Source: Tubiluchus corallicola
Lineage: Eukaryota; Animalia; Priapulida
Assembly: GCA_030141605.1 (NCBI GenBank)
Contig: JAQGDQ010000919.1
Coordinates: forward strand, 16,448-80,447
Direction: 5' to 3'
DNA: 64,000 bases
Notes under the pieces: model-generated
What the model was told of the DNA's origin: nothing
The model's input: the letters and a program-made list of their open reading frames with translations, nothing else
Databases searched by the model: none
Shown: one piece after another, positions 1 to 14,413 of the stretch
Layout of the letters: every line of letters begins with the position of its first letter
Numbering within the stretch: position 1 is the first letter of the stretch
Made by a program: the position numbers and the translations under genes

Positions 1-259
1 TGTCATGTGACGGTTGTAGTTAAAACGTGTTGCTGTGGTACGCGTAACCTTTGACCAGCATCAACTGCTCGTGCGCACAGCGAAACTGTGAAAAGACTTA
101 TTGGGCATGATGTTATGACTGTGTTATTATCAGGAGTGGTCACGGCGCATAATTAAATACCAAAAAAGTGTCTTTTGATTTCCATTTGTTCTTGTAGTTA
201 ATATACTGCATTATACAGCACTTGTAGACTATCTAATTTGACACCATGAGAAAGTTTAA

Positions 260-1116
260 CTATAGGTTTTACACGTCAAATGTTGACCTGCGTTAACTCA
301 AATATAGATTTAGGTAATTCAAATGTGTCTTGGTAACTCAAATGTAGACTTAGGTGGTTCAAATGTGTTAACAATGGTTTTCAACAAATCTTGGTAAGTC
401 AAATGTAGACACATGTCAAGTCAATTCTTAACTTATTTATGTACAACACTTTTAAATGTTCTTATCAAATAAACATTTTCTTTACATTTGAAAAATATAT
501 TAACGTCCATACAAACAGTTGCACATTAATTAAATATAATAAACATTGATGCTGCCGATAGCACCATGACCATAAAATATAATTTTAATTTGGTTTTATC
601 TTTTTGTAATTTGCACTTAAATGAGTTAATTACCGATTTATTCAAAGTACCGCATCTACATTTGAGTTATCAAAACACATTCGAAATTCCTATGTCTACA
701 TTTGACTTACCTAAGTCACATTTGAACTTTCCTGTGTCTACATTTGACTTACCTAAGTCACATTTGAACTTTCCTGTGTCTACATTTGACTTACCTAACT
801 CACATTTGAACTTTCCTGTGTCTACATTTGACTTACCTAAGTCACATTTGAACTTTCCTGTGTCTACATTTGACTTACCTAAGTCACATTTGAACTTTCC
901 TGTGTCTACATTTGACTTACCTAAGTCACATTTGAACTTTCCTGTGTCTACATTTGACTTACCTAAGTCACATTCGAAATTCCTATGTCTACATTTGACT
1001 TACCTAAGTCACATTTGAGTTACCAAAACACATTCGAAATTCCTATGTCTACATTTGACTTACCTAAGTCACATTTGAACTTTCCTGTGTCTACATTTGA
1101 CGTGTAAAACCTATAG
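260..1116. mobile_element. Non-autonomous TIR (foldback-like) element with subterminal repeats
   Basis: 24 bp inverted termini CTATAGGTTTTACACGTCAAATGT (260) and ACATTTGACGTGTAAAACCTATAG (ends 1116). The left arm repeats TCAAATGT motifs and the right arm repeats their complement ACATTTGA. Confidence 0.75.
688..1100. repeat. 42 bp tandem repeat (~10 units) in the right arm of the TIR element
   Basis: Unit CCTGTGTCTACATTTGACTTACCTAAGTCACATTTGAACTTT; explains the 14-aa repeat ORF 566..1018. Confidence 0.9.
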
Positions 1117-1554
1117 CTAACTAATGGTTAATGAAAAAATAATGGTCGAGTTTGGAATGTCATTTTGAATTATCATAACAAGTTTCAGTCATATTATTAC
1201 TTGCGTTATTGATATTATTAGTTTTTTTACTGCCGAAGGTTAGATTTTGTTCTGTTACCATATTTTCTAACGTGTATTGTTAGTCGATTTTCTGATTTGG
1301 AATTTATGTTTACATTTTTGCTGCATCAGTCAAAAAAAACTTGTCTTTTAATTTGTGCTTTTTTATATTATAATTTGTTTTTTAATTTGTAAGGTGCCTT
1401 TGATCAATTTTCTGTATTTGCCGTCTAAAATGCGGAATAAATTATTATTATTATTTCTTTTCTCGCGTTTGCGGTTAATATTTTGCGTTTTTCCTTCTGA
1501 CTGACAGCAGGGTGTTTTTTGTTTGTGATTTTGTTTTTTCTTGTAACATTTCAG

Positions 1555-1686
1555 AGTTCTGTCGACTCGACCGCTACGGCTCCGATGTTTGAACTTCCCT
1601 CGTGGGAGAGCATGAAGCGCGTCGGGCAGCTCCACCTGGAGGATCTCATGTCGTTCGTTAAAGAAAACATCGAAACATTTCAGTCG
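1555..1686 (+). CDS. TMEM245: TMEM245 internal exon (gene starts upstream of the window)
   Basis: tttcag/gtaggt bounds, 132 nt: SSVDSTATAPMFELPSWESMKRVGQLHLEDLMSFVKENIETFQS; resembles recalled human TMEM245 'SFVHENIETFLS'. Confidence 0.85.
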
Positions 1687-1857
1687 GTAGGTTAATCAAA
1701 TCAAATCTAATCATTTATTGTTTTCCCTCACATACAACATCGATTAAAGCTTAGTAGCATAATTATAATAGCCAATCAAATGGGAAGGGGTGGCGAAGAA
1801 CATGCGTTATCTAAGATGGTTAGCCATCGATACGATTAAGATTTTTCAAGTCGTAGT

Positions 1858-2060
<203 letters not shown>

Positions 2061-2391
2061 CTTTTTATTTATCTTGTAACACACGCACAGTTATAATACA
2101 ATTAATTTGGAAATAAAAATGTGAAGAAAGGGCAGTTTAAGACCAATTGGTCATCTAGTCAGCTGCCCTTTGGTTAGTGATGAACATTTCTTATAAGCGC
2201 TATGCTACAGTGTGTTAGTGTTAGTACTGCTTATAATAAAAATTAATTATTACGAATGACATTAAATTGATATGCTTATAACGTGTTAGTACAATTCATA
2301 CACAGTAATAATAAGTGCATAATAAAAGAATCAAACTGAAAATAACTGAAATAAAACTAAACTGAAATAAAAATCTGACAACATTTTGACT

Positions 2392-2782
2392 TTTTACCTC
2401 CGTCACGACCTTTGTGTTGGGTTCTGTTTGTTAGTTAACAAGATTGTGCAAAAACTACTTCAACTGTCACCATGGAACTTTCTGCCGGTGTGAGAAATTA
2501 GACAAGGAAGAACTCTTTCAATTTTGGCAATGAACGATCAAGAATTGGGAAAGAAAATCAGTTTTCATTGATTAAGTTCAGTTTTGCATGGGAAAATTCT
2601 GTGTGATGTCACAATAGCTTATTGCGGAAAAATTGGGAAAGGCAAGGATCATAAACAGATGACATCAGAACAAGTGGTGATGTCGTAACCTAAGAGGCTG
2701 TGTAGTTTAGTACTCATTCCCCCCTCCCTTTACCCCTAAGACGTGTCACAGGTTATGAATGCTACTTAGTGCCTTTTTAGTT
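2392..2782 (+). mobile_element. Degenerate Helentron-associated (HINE/DINE-like) element
   Basis: Starts TTTTACCTCCG, short GTTT/GTTA tract near the 5' end, ends ...AGTGCCTTTTTAGTT; layout recalled from HINE families. Confidence 0.4.
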
Positions 2783-2825
2783 TTTATGCATTTACTGGGC
2801 ACATATCATATTCGATGTTGCTCAA

Positions 2826-4385
2826 CGTATGGAAATGTATCGTAGACTCGTATGGAAATGTTTAGTAGATTCCTATAGAACTGTATCGTAGACTCATATA
2901 GAAATGTATCATAGACTCGTATGGAAATGTATCATAGACTCTTATAGAAATGTAATGTAGACTCGTATAGAAATAATGTATCGTAGACTTGTATGGAAAT
3001 GTATCATAGACTCGTATGGAAATGTATAGTAGACTCGTATGGAAATGTATCATAGACTCGTATGGAAATGTATAGTAGACTCGTATGGAAATGTATCGTA
3101 GACTCGTATGGAAATGTATAGTAGACTCGTATGGAAATGTATCGTAGACTCGTATGGAAATGTATCGTAGACTCGTATACACTCGTATGGAAATGTGTAG
3201 TACACTCGTATGGAAATGTGTAGTAGACTCGTATGGAAATGTATAGTAGACTCGTATGGAAATGTATAGTAGACTCGTATGGAAATGTATCATAGACTCG
3301 TATGGAAATGTATCGTAGACTCGTTTGGAAATGTATCGTAGACTCGTATGGAAATGTATAGTTGACTCGTATCGAAATGTATCGTAGACTCGTATGGAAA
3401 TGTTTAGTAGATTCTTATAGAAATGTATCGTAGACTCGTATGGAAATGTATAGTAAACTCGTATAGAAATGTATCGTAGACTCGTATGGAAATGTATAGT
3501 AGACTCGTATGGAAATGTATCATAGACTCGTATGGAAATGTATCGTAGACTCGTATGGAAATGTATCGTAGACTCGTATGGAAATGTATCGTAGACTCGT
3601 ATGGAAATGTATCATAGACTCGTATGGAAATGTATAGTAGACTCGTATGGAAATGTATAGTAGACTCGTATGGAAATGTATAGTAGACTCGTATAGAAAT
3701 GTATAGTAGACTCGTATGGAAATGTATCATAGACTCGTATGGAAATGTATCGTAGACTCGTATGGAAATGTATCGTAGACTCGTATGGAAATGTATCGTA
3801 GACTCGTATACACTCGTATGGAAATGTATCGTAGACTCGTATGGAAATGTATCGTAGACTCGTATGGAAATGTATAGTAGACTCGTATGGAAATGTATAG
3901 TAGACTCGTATGGAATTGTATCGTAGACTCGTATACATCGTATGGAAATGTATAGTAGACTCGTATGGAAATGTATCGTAGACTCGTATGGAAATGTATC
4001 GTAGACTCGTATGGAAATGTATCGTAGACTCGTATACACTCGTATGGAAATGTATCGTAGACTCGTATGGAAATGTATCGTAGACTCGTATGGAAATGTA
4101 TAGTAGACTCGTATGGAAATGTATCATAGACTCGTATGGAAATGTATCGTAGACTCGTATGGAAATGTATCGTAGACTCGTATACACTCGTATGGAAATG
4201 TATCGTAGACTCGTATGGAAATGTATAGTAGACTTGTATGGAAATGTATAGTAGACTCGTATAGAAATGTAATCTAGCCTCACGTAGAAATGTATCGCAG
4301 ACTGGCATAAAAATGTATCGTAGACTCGTATAGAAATGTATCATAGACTCGTATGGAAATGTATCATAGATTTGTATAGAACCAT
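2826..4385. repeat. 23 bp minisatellite array (~65 units)
   Basis: Unit GTAGACTCGTATGGAAATGTATC with TAG/CAT variants; source of the minus-strand repetitive ORFs 2862-4407. Confidence 0.97.
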
Positions 4386-4495
4386 AAAATGTAACTACTA
4401 CATCCAAATGTAGACTTTTGTTTTGTGGTTAGTATTGTCGGTATTGGTACTGATGCCGGCTATGTCAATGTATGATTTTTTTTTATTTCTTTCAG

Positions 4496-4618
4496 GTACT
4501 AGGATCTGTGTGGGTGGTGATAGCCAGTAATGTCCATATTTTGACTAGCATACTCACTTCTCTCATATATATGGTCTTAGGAAGCGGGACAGCTGTCTTT
4601 AATTTTTTGCTGTCGGGC
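4496..4618 (+). CDS. TMEM245: TMEM245 exon
   Basis: ttcag/gtaagt, 123 nt, phase 0/0: VLGSVWVVIASNVHILTSILTSLIYMVLGSGTAVFNFLLSG (recalled human ILESLWIVMSRNV...SGTALLNFVLS). Confidence 0.92.
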
Positions 4619-6644
4619 GTAAGTTTCGTATATATTAATTCTACTGATTTGTTATATGTATATATATAAGATTCGAGGCTACAGCTTCGATGATGGCACC
4701 ATTTGCGTCGATCAATACATCAAACGAAAGGTCTCCGTCTAGTGTCGTCTCATTGGGGGTTTATTTTTCGAATCGGGTTACCGGAACGAACGGGGGGCGA
4801 AAAACCTCCAAAAATGGCCATTTTTCGGCCGTTTTTTGCAAAACTTATACGTCGATCTGAAGAACAGGAATGGGCCGGGGGTGGTGCTGGCTATGGATGT
4901 AGTGGATGTGGGTGTAGTAGGCATATTTAGAATTCGCGAGAGGGCCACGACGTCCCGTAATGCGTGTTTTCCCAGACCCAACTCGCGATTTTTTCAAAAT
5001 TTTTGTCAAACAGCCTGCAGAAAAAACGCTTTAGCACCTGGTGGGACTCTCGTGTAATAATAATTTATAAACTGTCGAGGGCCCGTGAATGCGTTGGCAT
5101 TAAGTAAGCATTGAAACTTGTCGCTGCCCGAGCACCACTGCTGTAGATTAACTCACAAATGATCGATAATGCGCGAACGTTCCACGTAGTGTCTGGTTTA
5201 TGCGGAAGCTATGTGAAACAATGAACTACAATGCTCTATGTAGGTGTAGTGTGCTTTCTCAATGGGAAATCTTGAAATTGGAGTGCCGGAAAACATCCCC
5301 TCTATTTTATTCACTGCGGTTTTTTACCCGTGTGTCTTGAATTTTACGCCTTGAAGATAATTTTTCTCTCATTCTGGCAACGTGCTGTGTGAACTCGGCC
5401 TTACTTTCTATCCCACACAACACCAAATATCATGTATTTTATGTACCTTCCGGTCATTCTGAATGAATCAGTAAATCTTTAAAGGTGCTGCCGGCTAAGA
5501 AAAATGACTTATTTGGAACCTGACTTGTGTCGCTTATTGTACCGAGTACGCGATTGTAGTGTTATGTGACCCATTTAATTGTCAGTCTACTACACTAAAG
5601 TACTGAATTAGTCTATGCTGCCATCTACACTCATTGTTTTACTCTAATTGTACAAAGTTTCTCAGAGATTGATTTCTGTTTCTAAATATTATTTCCTTTT
5701 GCTTTTATAGATATTCATTAATCAGAGTAATTAGATTATTAATTTCATGCTTTAATTCTGGTTCTAACTCTCTTATTCAAGTTTAAATAGATAAAAATTA
5801 TAACATTATAACACAGCTTTCTGTAAACCAATAATCTTTATTCTGCTGTGAAAGAAGCCAAGTAAACTTTGATTTTGGTTTAACTAGTAGTCTGTAGAGT
5901 ATAGGTGACCTTTCCATTTATGGTCTGTATGCATGAATTTAATGTACCTTCCAATAGGAACTTGAATCTCTGGTCATGTGATTACAGCTCTATTCTCTCA
6001 GGCATGCAAGTTTCAGTTGATCTAGAGACAGCATTGAGAAAGGATGCAAAATTTTCTACTGTTAAATATTATATTGCTAACTTTATGACTGTTTGTTCAA
6101 TTTTGTGATTGAGGTGAACATTGTATACGTTTTACAATAAAATGATTGCAATTTCTACATCTTGTCCAAATTGGTGGCTAAGGGAGTAGCGTAAAATGGG
6201 CCAAACTGAATTTTCATCTGTAGTTTGTGGTCCTTTTTGCAGCACTGATTATTATTTCTTATCTTTTTTACATTCTGCATATTGAGCTTACAGTTAAAAC
6301 TTGAAAGTGTTTACCTGCAAAAAATTGTTTTTCTTTTGGAAAGATAGTATCTATTTTCAGAAGTAAAAGCTCTCTCTAATTACTGCTCTAATTATGATTA
6401 TTCTAGCATCACTTTTTCCCCAGCCGCTTTGTAATCCAGCTTTTGAACTTTATATAATACAGCTACCCATTTTTGTGTGTCTTTTTTGATGTAAACAAGT
6501 CTGTTTTTACTCAACGAAGATGCTTAGTGGTTTTATTTTGTTTCATGTACATGATTAAAGTGCCATCTGTAGGCTGAAATATAAAGTATTTTCCAAGACA
6601 CAGTTTTCTTAATGCTCGGTAGTTAACATGATTCTTCATTTTAG

Positions 6645-6805
6645 GTTGTTTTCATCACGACGCTGATAATCCTGCTCAGTGCTAGTGGTAATGTTTATCT
6701 ACCTGTGCAGTGGTTTGCTTCATTTACACCTGCTGCTGCCGCCGCCAGAGGTTCAGGTGCTATGACGGCTACCATGTTTGGAGAGGCCGTAACCGAGGCG
6801 ATCAG
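6645..6805 (+). CDS. TMEM245: TMEM245 exon
   Basis: tttag/gtgcat, 161 nt, phase 0/2: VVFITTLIILLSASGNVYLPVQWFASFTP...FGEAVTEAI; frame joins both neighbours. Confidence 0.9.
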
Positions 6806-6906
6806 GTGCATCATTTATTCACCTGTTGGTATTAATTTGACTTCTGAGTTTAACTGCAGGAACTGTGAGCATTTCCTTCTGAAGTGAGATGACTTTTCTG
6901 TGACAC

Positions 6907-7372
6907 GAGTGAGTGATTAATTAAAGAGTGAGTGAGTGAGTGAATGCGTGAGTGTGAGTGAGCGGTTAAGTAAGTGAGTGAGTGAATGCGTGAGTGTGAG
7001 TGAGCGGTTAAGTGAGTAAGTGAGTGAATGCGTGAGTGTGAGTTAGCGGTTAAGTGAGTGAATGCATGAGTGTGAGTGAGTGGTTGAGTGAGTGAGTGAA
7101 TGCGTGAGTGTGAGTGAGCAGTTAATTGAGTGAATGAGTGAGTGAATGCATGAGTGAGCAGTTAAGTGAGTGAATGCGTGAGTGTGAGTTAGCGGTTAAG
7201 TGAGTGAGTGAGTGAATGCATGAGTGAGCGGTTAAGTGAGTAAGTGAGTGAATGCGTGAGTGTGAGTTAGCGGTTAAGTGAGTAAGTGAGTGAATGTGTG
7301 AGTGTGAGTGAGCGGTTAAGTGAGTGAATGTGTGAATGCGCGAGGGTGAACGCATGAATTCCAGAGTGTGAG
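6907..7372. repeat. (GAGT)n-based compound mini/microsatellite
   Basis: Repeating GTGAGTGAATGCGTGAGTGTGAGTGAGCGGTTAA-type units. Confidence 0.9.
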
Positions 7373-7608
7373 TGATGCTATAAATGTGGATGAATGTGGC
7401 CAACCAACCGTGCAAGGAAACGGGTAAATAAATGAATAGAATAAAGAACGAGTAAGTAAGCGGAAGCCATGCAGGCTAGCAAACGAGCAGCTAGGCAGAC
7501 GATGCAGATGTTAACGACTCAAATGAGTGTGATCTAATAATGTAAACAAACGATCTCAGGAATTTAACATTTCTAACTGTCGCACTATCAAATTTTGATT
7601 GTAACTAG

Positions 7609-8120
7609 CAGGGATGAGAATTTCCCGCGGATACACGGAATTCCGAGTTTTTGGAAGACCAGTAGTGCCATTTTTGTAAATCGCGTAAATTTGTTGAGAA
7701 AATTTTCACGGACCCAGTACATTATTTCACAAGCTGCCCGCTAGGTGGCAGGCCGTCACTTTGTTTACATCACGTACATCAGTGTAACCACGTGTATATC
7801 TCTATGTATAAAAATATAGAATCAATTGTGCGGAGTTATTTGAGTCAATTGCAGACAGTTTTTATATACTTTTGCATAGGAGCGGCCAGTACTTAGGTGG
7901 TTTTGAGACAATTAGGTATCATGTATCCTTGATAGTTGGGTATTTTAAATTATGCATGAAACAAGGTAACTGATATTTTAAGTCCATTTAGAGAGGCTCT
8001 CTATGGTCACAAAATTGCAATTTGTTGCTTCGCCCCCTTGAACCCCCATGTGGGCCTACCCGGGCCCCCGAACCCCCGGCCTGTTTCAGAGTTTTTTGCA
8101 ATTTGTCATTCTCATCCCAG
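7609..8120 (+). mobile_element. hAT-like MITE, family A copy 1, 6 bp TSD
   Basis: TIR CAGGGATGAGAA...TTCTCATCCCAG; AACTAG on both flanks (7603-7608, 8121-8126); near-identical to 9004-9517. Confidence 0.88.
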
Positions 8121-8823
8121 AACTAGGCTGAATGTAGCAGATCAGGCTTTTTAAGTCATGGAGAAATGAAAAATTTAAACATCGTTATAATTTGAAAACT
8201 GACAGTAAAACCTTACAAAGTTGCTGATAATATTTTTAAGCATTCCATTTCAGTAAGTTAAAGAATATTTTTAAGAAGTTTTAGAAAACTTATATGAATT
8301 GCCGACAATATTGAATGTTTAAAGCGATTGTGTTTCAGTAAAATATGATATTGGACTGCTGTCCGCATTTAACGGAGGCAGGACGGATGGCACCACGGCC
8401 CACACCGTGCGGCATGTCTAAATTAAGTCCTTCAACACCTTAACCAAAACAGAACCCGAACAATAGAGTAGAAATGACAATTTATTACTACATATCGCAC
8501 CCCCAATAAGGAACAAACAGCTTACCTAGAAGAACGGAGTTTGCGGCAAAGCCTGTGAAATGTGAACAGAGCTGCAATGAAAGACACGACCACTGACAAG
8601 GATCTACAGCAGACCTTCCCTTTTTATAAGCTCAGGTGTGCACGTGACTAGTGGCTTTTACTAACACAAGGTCAGAATACGAGTCTATGTGCTAGATAAA
8701 GCCACGTTCACATGCACACCTGAGAAGTCTACTGTATTCCCCTGCCAGTATTACACTTCATTCCAACACAGCCCTGTAGTACAATATTATGGCATGCAGT
8801 GATAGTGGGAAAAAAATCAATAA

Positions 8824-9517
<694 letters not shown>

Positions 9518-9749
9518 CAGATGCCTTTTTTATTATAGTCTTTAAATTTGAAACCGCTCGTGAAGTCACACAAACTCCGGAATGGGAAAAAACAAACTGA
9601 GCAATTTTACAGGTTTAAAGTGAATAATTACACTGAAATAGGTTGAAGACTTGATAATAGCATTGAAGAAAACAGTAATACTATAATAACTATTGATGAA
9701 ATAACAATTAATTAAACAAGAGATGAACCGTGGACTGTCATAGTAACCG

Positions 9750-9885
9750 AGAAACACAGAGGCCTAGTGGTATGACTTCGGATTGTAAGCTGAAGGTCCC
9801 TGGTTCAAAGCCAGCTGTGTCCCGACTGTTTACGTTTTCCGTCTTTCACGTTTTGCATCAAAATTTAATCAAATGTGGGCTTGTT
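9750..9885 (+). mobile_element. Degenerate tRNA-derived SINE, family T copy 1
   Basis: A-box-like GGCCTAGTGGT, TGTAA loop, B-box-like GGTTCAAAGCC; related copies near 21340 and 36865. Confidence 0.6.
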
Positions 9886-10205
9886 TTATCGATAATTACT
9901 GTAACATTACTAATTTGTCCTAAGCTATTATATGTAACGTAACAGGTGCCGCCACCTGCGTTCGGCATAATTATTGTTTGTGTCGCAATCACTTTGAACC
10001 TGCAAAGTTTCTCATTTCGTCGATTCTTCCCATTTGAGAGTTTATGTGTTAAATTTCATGACTGGATTCAATTCTAAAGGCTGTGAAAATGGCATCTGCT
10101 AATTCTCTATGAATGACGATGAAATCAATTAAATTTGAAACATCTAGTTAATCTGTTTAGTGTAGATATTTAAATATTACATGTAAATATCATTGCTATC
10201 ATTGC

Positions 10206-10388
<183 letters not shown>

Positions 10389-10802
10389 AGTTAAACAATT
10401 TATTATAAGATTGGATCAGACAGTTTGAACAACATGATTTAGGATCCTCACCACAACAGACTTTATACACTATTTACAAAAACATTTACAGTAAGAATTG
10501 ACTATAACTACACAAGCTGACAAGTTTTACTACAAGATTACATTAGATATTAGTACAAAATGATGGTTAGAAAATATTAATGTACGAATATTTAAGACTG
10601 CTGCATTTCATATCAGATAGAAACTACTGGAAGCGTTTAGTACGTAATATACATTGGAATATTTTACAGCTAGCAACATAGTTAAATTAATCTTTTCCGA
10701 ATAATAACAACTTCAACAGATCATTAGTTCCTTAAGGCAGCCATATTAAGGTTTTCGGGCAGAAGCATTTCATTTAATTTAACAATCATAACAACTATAG
10801 TT
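10389..10802 (-). mobile_element. Interspersed repeat, probable LINE 3' end
   Basis: Reverse complement of 52821-53252 over ~410 bp; AATAAA near its 3' end. Confidence 0.7.
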
Positions 10803-11007
10803 GGTTAATACAATGGGCAGTGCAACAAAAAGTGTTCAACAGACTCAAATCGAAATCCAGTCACAATTCGGCAATCAATCTTTTATAATAGATGCTATCA
10901 TTCAATATTCAGTTCTTGCAAGCTCAGCTAATAATAGACATTCCTGGATTTCAAGTATTTAGGTGCGGCGTGCAATCGAAGACTTTAACCCGCATGTTTT
11001 ATTTCAG

Positions 11008-11182
11008 TTCTGGCATCCATTTTTGCTGCCATCCCGTTCCTAGGAACGTATGTAGCATGCGTACCGGCCGTGTTGGAACTGTGGTTGGTACACGGTCAGA
11101 GATTTGCGGCCGCTCTCTTGCTGGTGTGTCATTTAGTGCCCATCTCTGTGCTGGATTCGGCCATTTATAGAGAAATAAAGGG
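11008..11182 (+). CDS. TMEM245: TMEM245 exon
   Basis: ttcag/gtgagt, 175 nt, phase 1/2: ILASIFAAIPFLGTYVACVPAVLELWLVHG...LDSAIYREIKG (recalled human VPFLGTYWAAVPAVLDLWL...VDTAIYSDISG). Confidence 0.95.
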
Positions 11183-11562
11183 GTGAGTTGTGAACTAGCA
11201 GCATGTTGTAAAAAAAATGTGTAGCAAACGTGAATTGAAACATGTTTTTTACCGAGGCTTTTGAGAATAGATTATTTGTTGTTTTTCAAACACACGAGGT
11301 GAAAGAGAAATTATTTAGCATCACTGAATAAGCTTTTTCACAGTTCCAGCGATTGATGACGGTCGTGAAAAGATCGGCAAAGGTCGAGTATGCCATTTAA
11401 CGCCTCGCAGCCCGTGCTATTGTAATACTAACAGTTATAATAGCTAGCTAGAAACTTACCTAGTTTATTTTTTATTGTTCCCAAGCAAAATCCTGCTAGT
11501 AAATCATTCTATGCACAGACTAATTGAACTGATGCGGCTAACGACTTTGCTTTACACACACG

Positions 11563-11665
11563 TCACGTTATGGTTGCAGCATCGACGTGATGCTGTGGTA
11601 CACGTAACCTTTGACCTACAGCAACCGCACACGAGCACAACGAAACTTTGAAAACATTTATTTGT
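11563..11665 (+). repeat. Dispersed repeat shared with positions 1-102
   Basis: TGCTGTGGTAC(A/G)CGTAACCTTTGACC...CGAAACT(T/G)TGAAAA occurs at both sites. Confidence 0.7.
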
Positions 11666-11965
11666 ATTGACAATATTTGTTTCATTTTAACTAACCAATA
11701 ACGGAGCTTTAAGGTTCGTCTACACGAGAAGTGATGAATTTTCTTTGACCGTCTTTGCCTTTGCCGAACTTTCATGTCCTTATTGACACCCTCATAATTT
11801 TACCATTTTCTCACACTTCAAAGCTCACAAACCAACTTCTTAACAGGCGCAGTGTGGCGAGGAAATGTTTTTGATTGTTTCTATTCGGCACATGTATTTT
11901 TTCTATTGGACCTATTCGTGAACGTTAAGTTTTATAGTACATATTATCATCTGATTAGTTCATTT

Positions 11966-12047
11966 TAATAATAATAACGACTACAATAATGATACTGATA
12001 ATAATAACAATAATAATAATAATATAATAATAATAATAATAATAGTG

Positions 12048-12095
<48 letters not shown>

Positions 12096-12098
12096 GTA

Positions 12099-12158
<60 letters not shown>

Positions 12159-12170
12159 GTAATAATAGTG

Positions 12171-12203
<33 letters not shown>

Positions 12204-12206
12204 GTA

Positions 12207-12255
<49 letters not shown>

Positions 12256-12256
12256 C

Positions 12257-12321
<65 letters not shown>

Positions 12322-12360
12322 CAATAATAATAATAATAATCATAATAATAATCATAATAA
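11966..12360. repeat. (AAT)n microsatellite
   Basis: Direct reading; source of poly-I/L ORFs. Confidence 0.98.
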
Positions 12361-12577
12361 AATCAATATGTTCAAAACTTCAAATCATTCCTTAAAACTT
12401 ATTTTTATAAAGAAGCCATTTTAATTAATTAGAAATTTAATACGGACTTGTGGATTTAATTACAGCTGGATTTTTATATACATGCATTACGATTTCAGTT
12501 TTATTTATAACAGCCTATTGTGTTAATATTTTAAGTATGTAAAATGCATTTTAAAGATTCAATTAATAAATATTAAG

Positions 12578-12693
12578 ATTAATTAATTAATTAATTATGA
12601 TGACGATGATGATGCTGATGCTGAGGATGCTGCTGCTGATGATGACGATGATGATGCTGATGCTGATGATGCTGCTGCTGATGATGATGATGT

Positions 12694-12730
<37 letters not shown>

Positions 12731-12756
12731 AATGATGCTGATGATGATGATGATAG
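12578..12756. repeat. (TAAT)n + (GAT/GCT)n compound microsatellite
   Basis: Direct reading; inverted counterpart at 14154-14478. Confidence 0.95.
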
Positions 12757-13489
12757 TAATAATTTATTGACATATAGTTCACTGTCAAATGTATAGTATA
12801 ATAAGCTAAGTTATATGAATTTTTTTGGTAGTGTAGTTTCTTAACTTAATTTTTGCTAACGTAAATTATGATGATTGTCATTATGTTAAAGTCTTCCGTG
12901 AAGCTGCAGTAGTTGATATCTTGCACTCAAAATATTCACATTGATAGTATGTCAAAAGACTAGTGTTTGGACTTTCAAAACCAAATTCGAAGCTCGATTA
13001 AATTTTGCTCTTTCTTTGCTCTTTATTTGCCAAAACATGTCATTCCATCTAAACATAAGAAATTAGTGCCAAAAATAACAAAAAATAATAATAGCCAAAA
13101 GTCAATTTTACATAATTAAGAGTTCTACACTGCACTTTCATATTAATTAATACATAGCTGTTATTTTAAACTAAATTTAAGTTTATTAAAGTAATTAGAG
13201 AATATACATACGTTATTAGCCCCAAATCATGAGCAATTGTAACAGATAACGACAATATCTCATAACTTATCATGACACGTCTTCACTTCACAGTAGGCCT
13301 CTGACCCAGATCAAATTGATCACGTGATTAGGCCAAAAATCACCACAAGGTGGCCAAAGCCGACAACAAGCGAAAGCCGCCAAGCACGCCAATACAACTA
13401 GTGAAAAAAGATTAAGCAACATTGTAAAGTGTAATAATTATACATAAGCACTTAGTCTAGCGATAACACCTATTAGTAACTTAAGTGCC

Positions 13490-13640
13490 AATTATTATTA
13501 CCCCCATGTTACCTCACTAAACCCGTGTGCTCGGTCAAAGAACTGGCGATAGCATTTTTTAAGTCATTGATATGACTCTGTCGGGAGTTGAACCCTCGAC
13601 CTTTGTTGTTGGAAGCGAGCAAGCTACCATTGAGCTATAA
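13490..13640 (-). mobile_element. tRNA-headed SINE with Meta-like central domain
   Basis: Minus strand TAGCTCAATGGTAG...GGTTCAACTCC then GAGTCATATCAATGACTTAAAAAATG, ending GGGGTAATAATA; parallels 61410-61680. Confidence 0.6.
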
Positions 13641-13741
13641 CTCCTGGTAAACAGGTGAAACTGAATGCATAGCAGGAAGATAACTTACCGTGTGTGCAGA
13701 AACTGCTGACTTTTACAAATTCTTGCTTGTAAATTTTGCAG

Positions 13742-13949
13742 GGGTGGTCATCCGTACCTGACCGGTCTGGCTATTGTCGGAGGCATGGCTTGCTACGGGT
13801 TGGAAGGTGCAATTATTGGACCAATATTGTTGTGTTGTTTAATCGTTGTATTCAACGTGTTTGCCAGCATAATGCAAGACACGACGCCGCAGCCGCCGAC
13901 GACACCGTTTGCCGTTCGAGTGGCCAAGTTCGAATCTGAGAAACAGTGA
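13742..13949 (+). CDS. TMEM245: TMEM245 probable last coding exon
   Basis: ttgcag acceptor, phase 2: GGGHPYLTGLAIVGGMACYGLEGAIIGPILLCCLIVVFNVFASIMQ...SEKQ*, TGA at 13947-13949; matches the recalled GGGHPYLTGLAVAGG...GLEGAIIGPILLC motif. Confidence 0.93.
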
Positions 13950-14153
13950 GCCTTGGACAGATGTTTTAACTTTTTATTCTCTTTCTTTCTTCTTATGCTT
14001 TTGTTTCTTGTTTTCCCTTAAGATGTGCCCGATAATGTGAATCGCACAAACAATGTCACTTTCTGTAAATTGTCTTTGTAATTTGGTATTTTCTCGAGTG
14101 TTATACAAATTGTTGATGCAGACTAAAGTGATGTTTATGTAGCATCCCGGAAT

Positions 14154-14214
14154 GCATCATCATCATCATCATCAGCATCATCGTCAGCATCATCAGCATC
14201 AGCATCATCAGCAG

Positions 14215-14246
<32 letters not shown>

Positions 14247-14382
14247 GCATCATCATCAGGATCTTCATCATCATCATCATCAGCAGCAGCAGCATCATCA
14301 TTATCAGCATCATCATCAGCATCATCATCAGGATCATCATCATCATCAGCATCATCATCAGCATCGTCAGCATGATCAGCAT

Positions 14383-14413
<31 letters not shown>

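Noticed and set aside
4680-5100. GC-rich patch with several short overlapping ORFs
   Set aside because: No recognisable protein and no defined termini; probably a repeat fragment.
8329-8770. Possible second solo LTR (TGTGTT...AACACA, minus-strand TATA and AATAAA)
   Set aside because: Flanks GCGAT/GCCCT match only 3 of 5; too weak to call.
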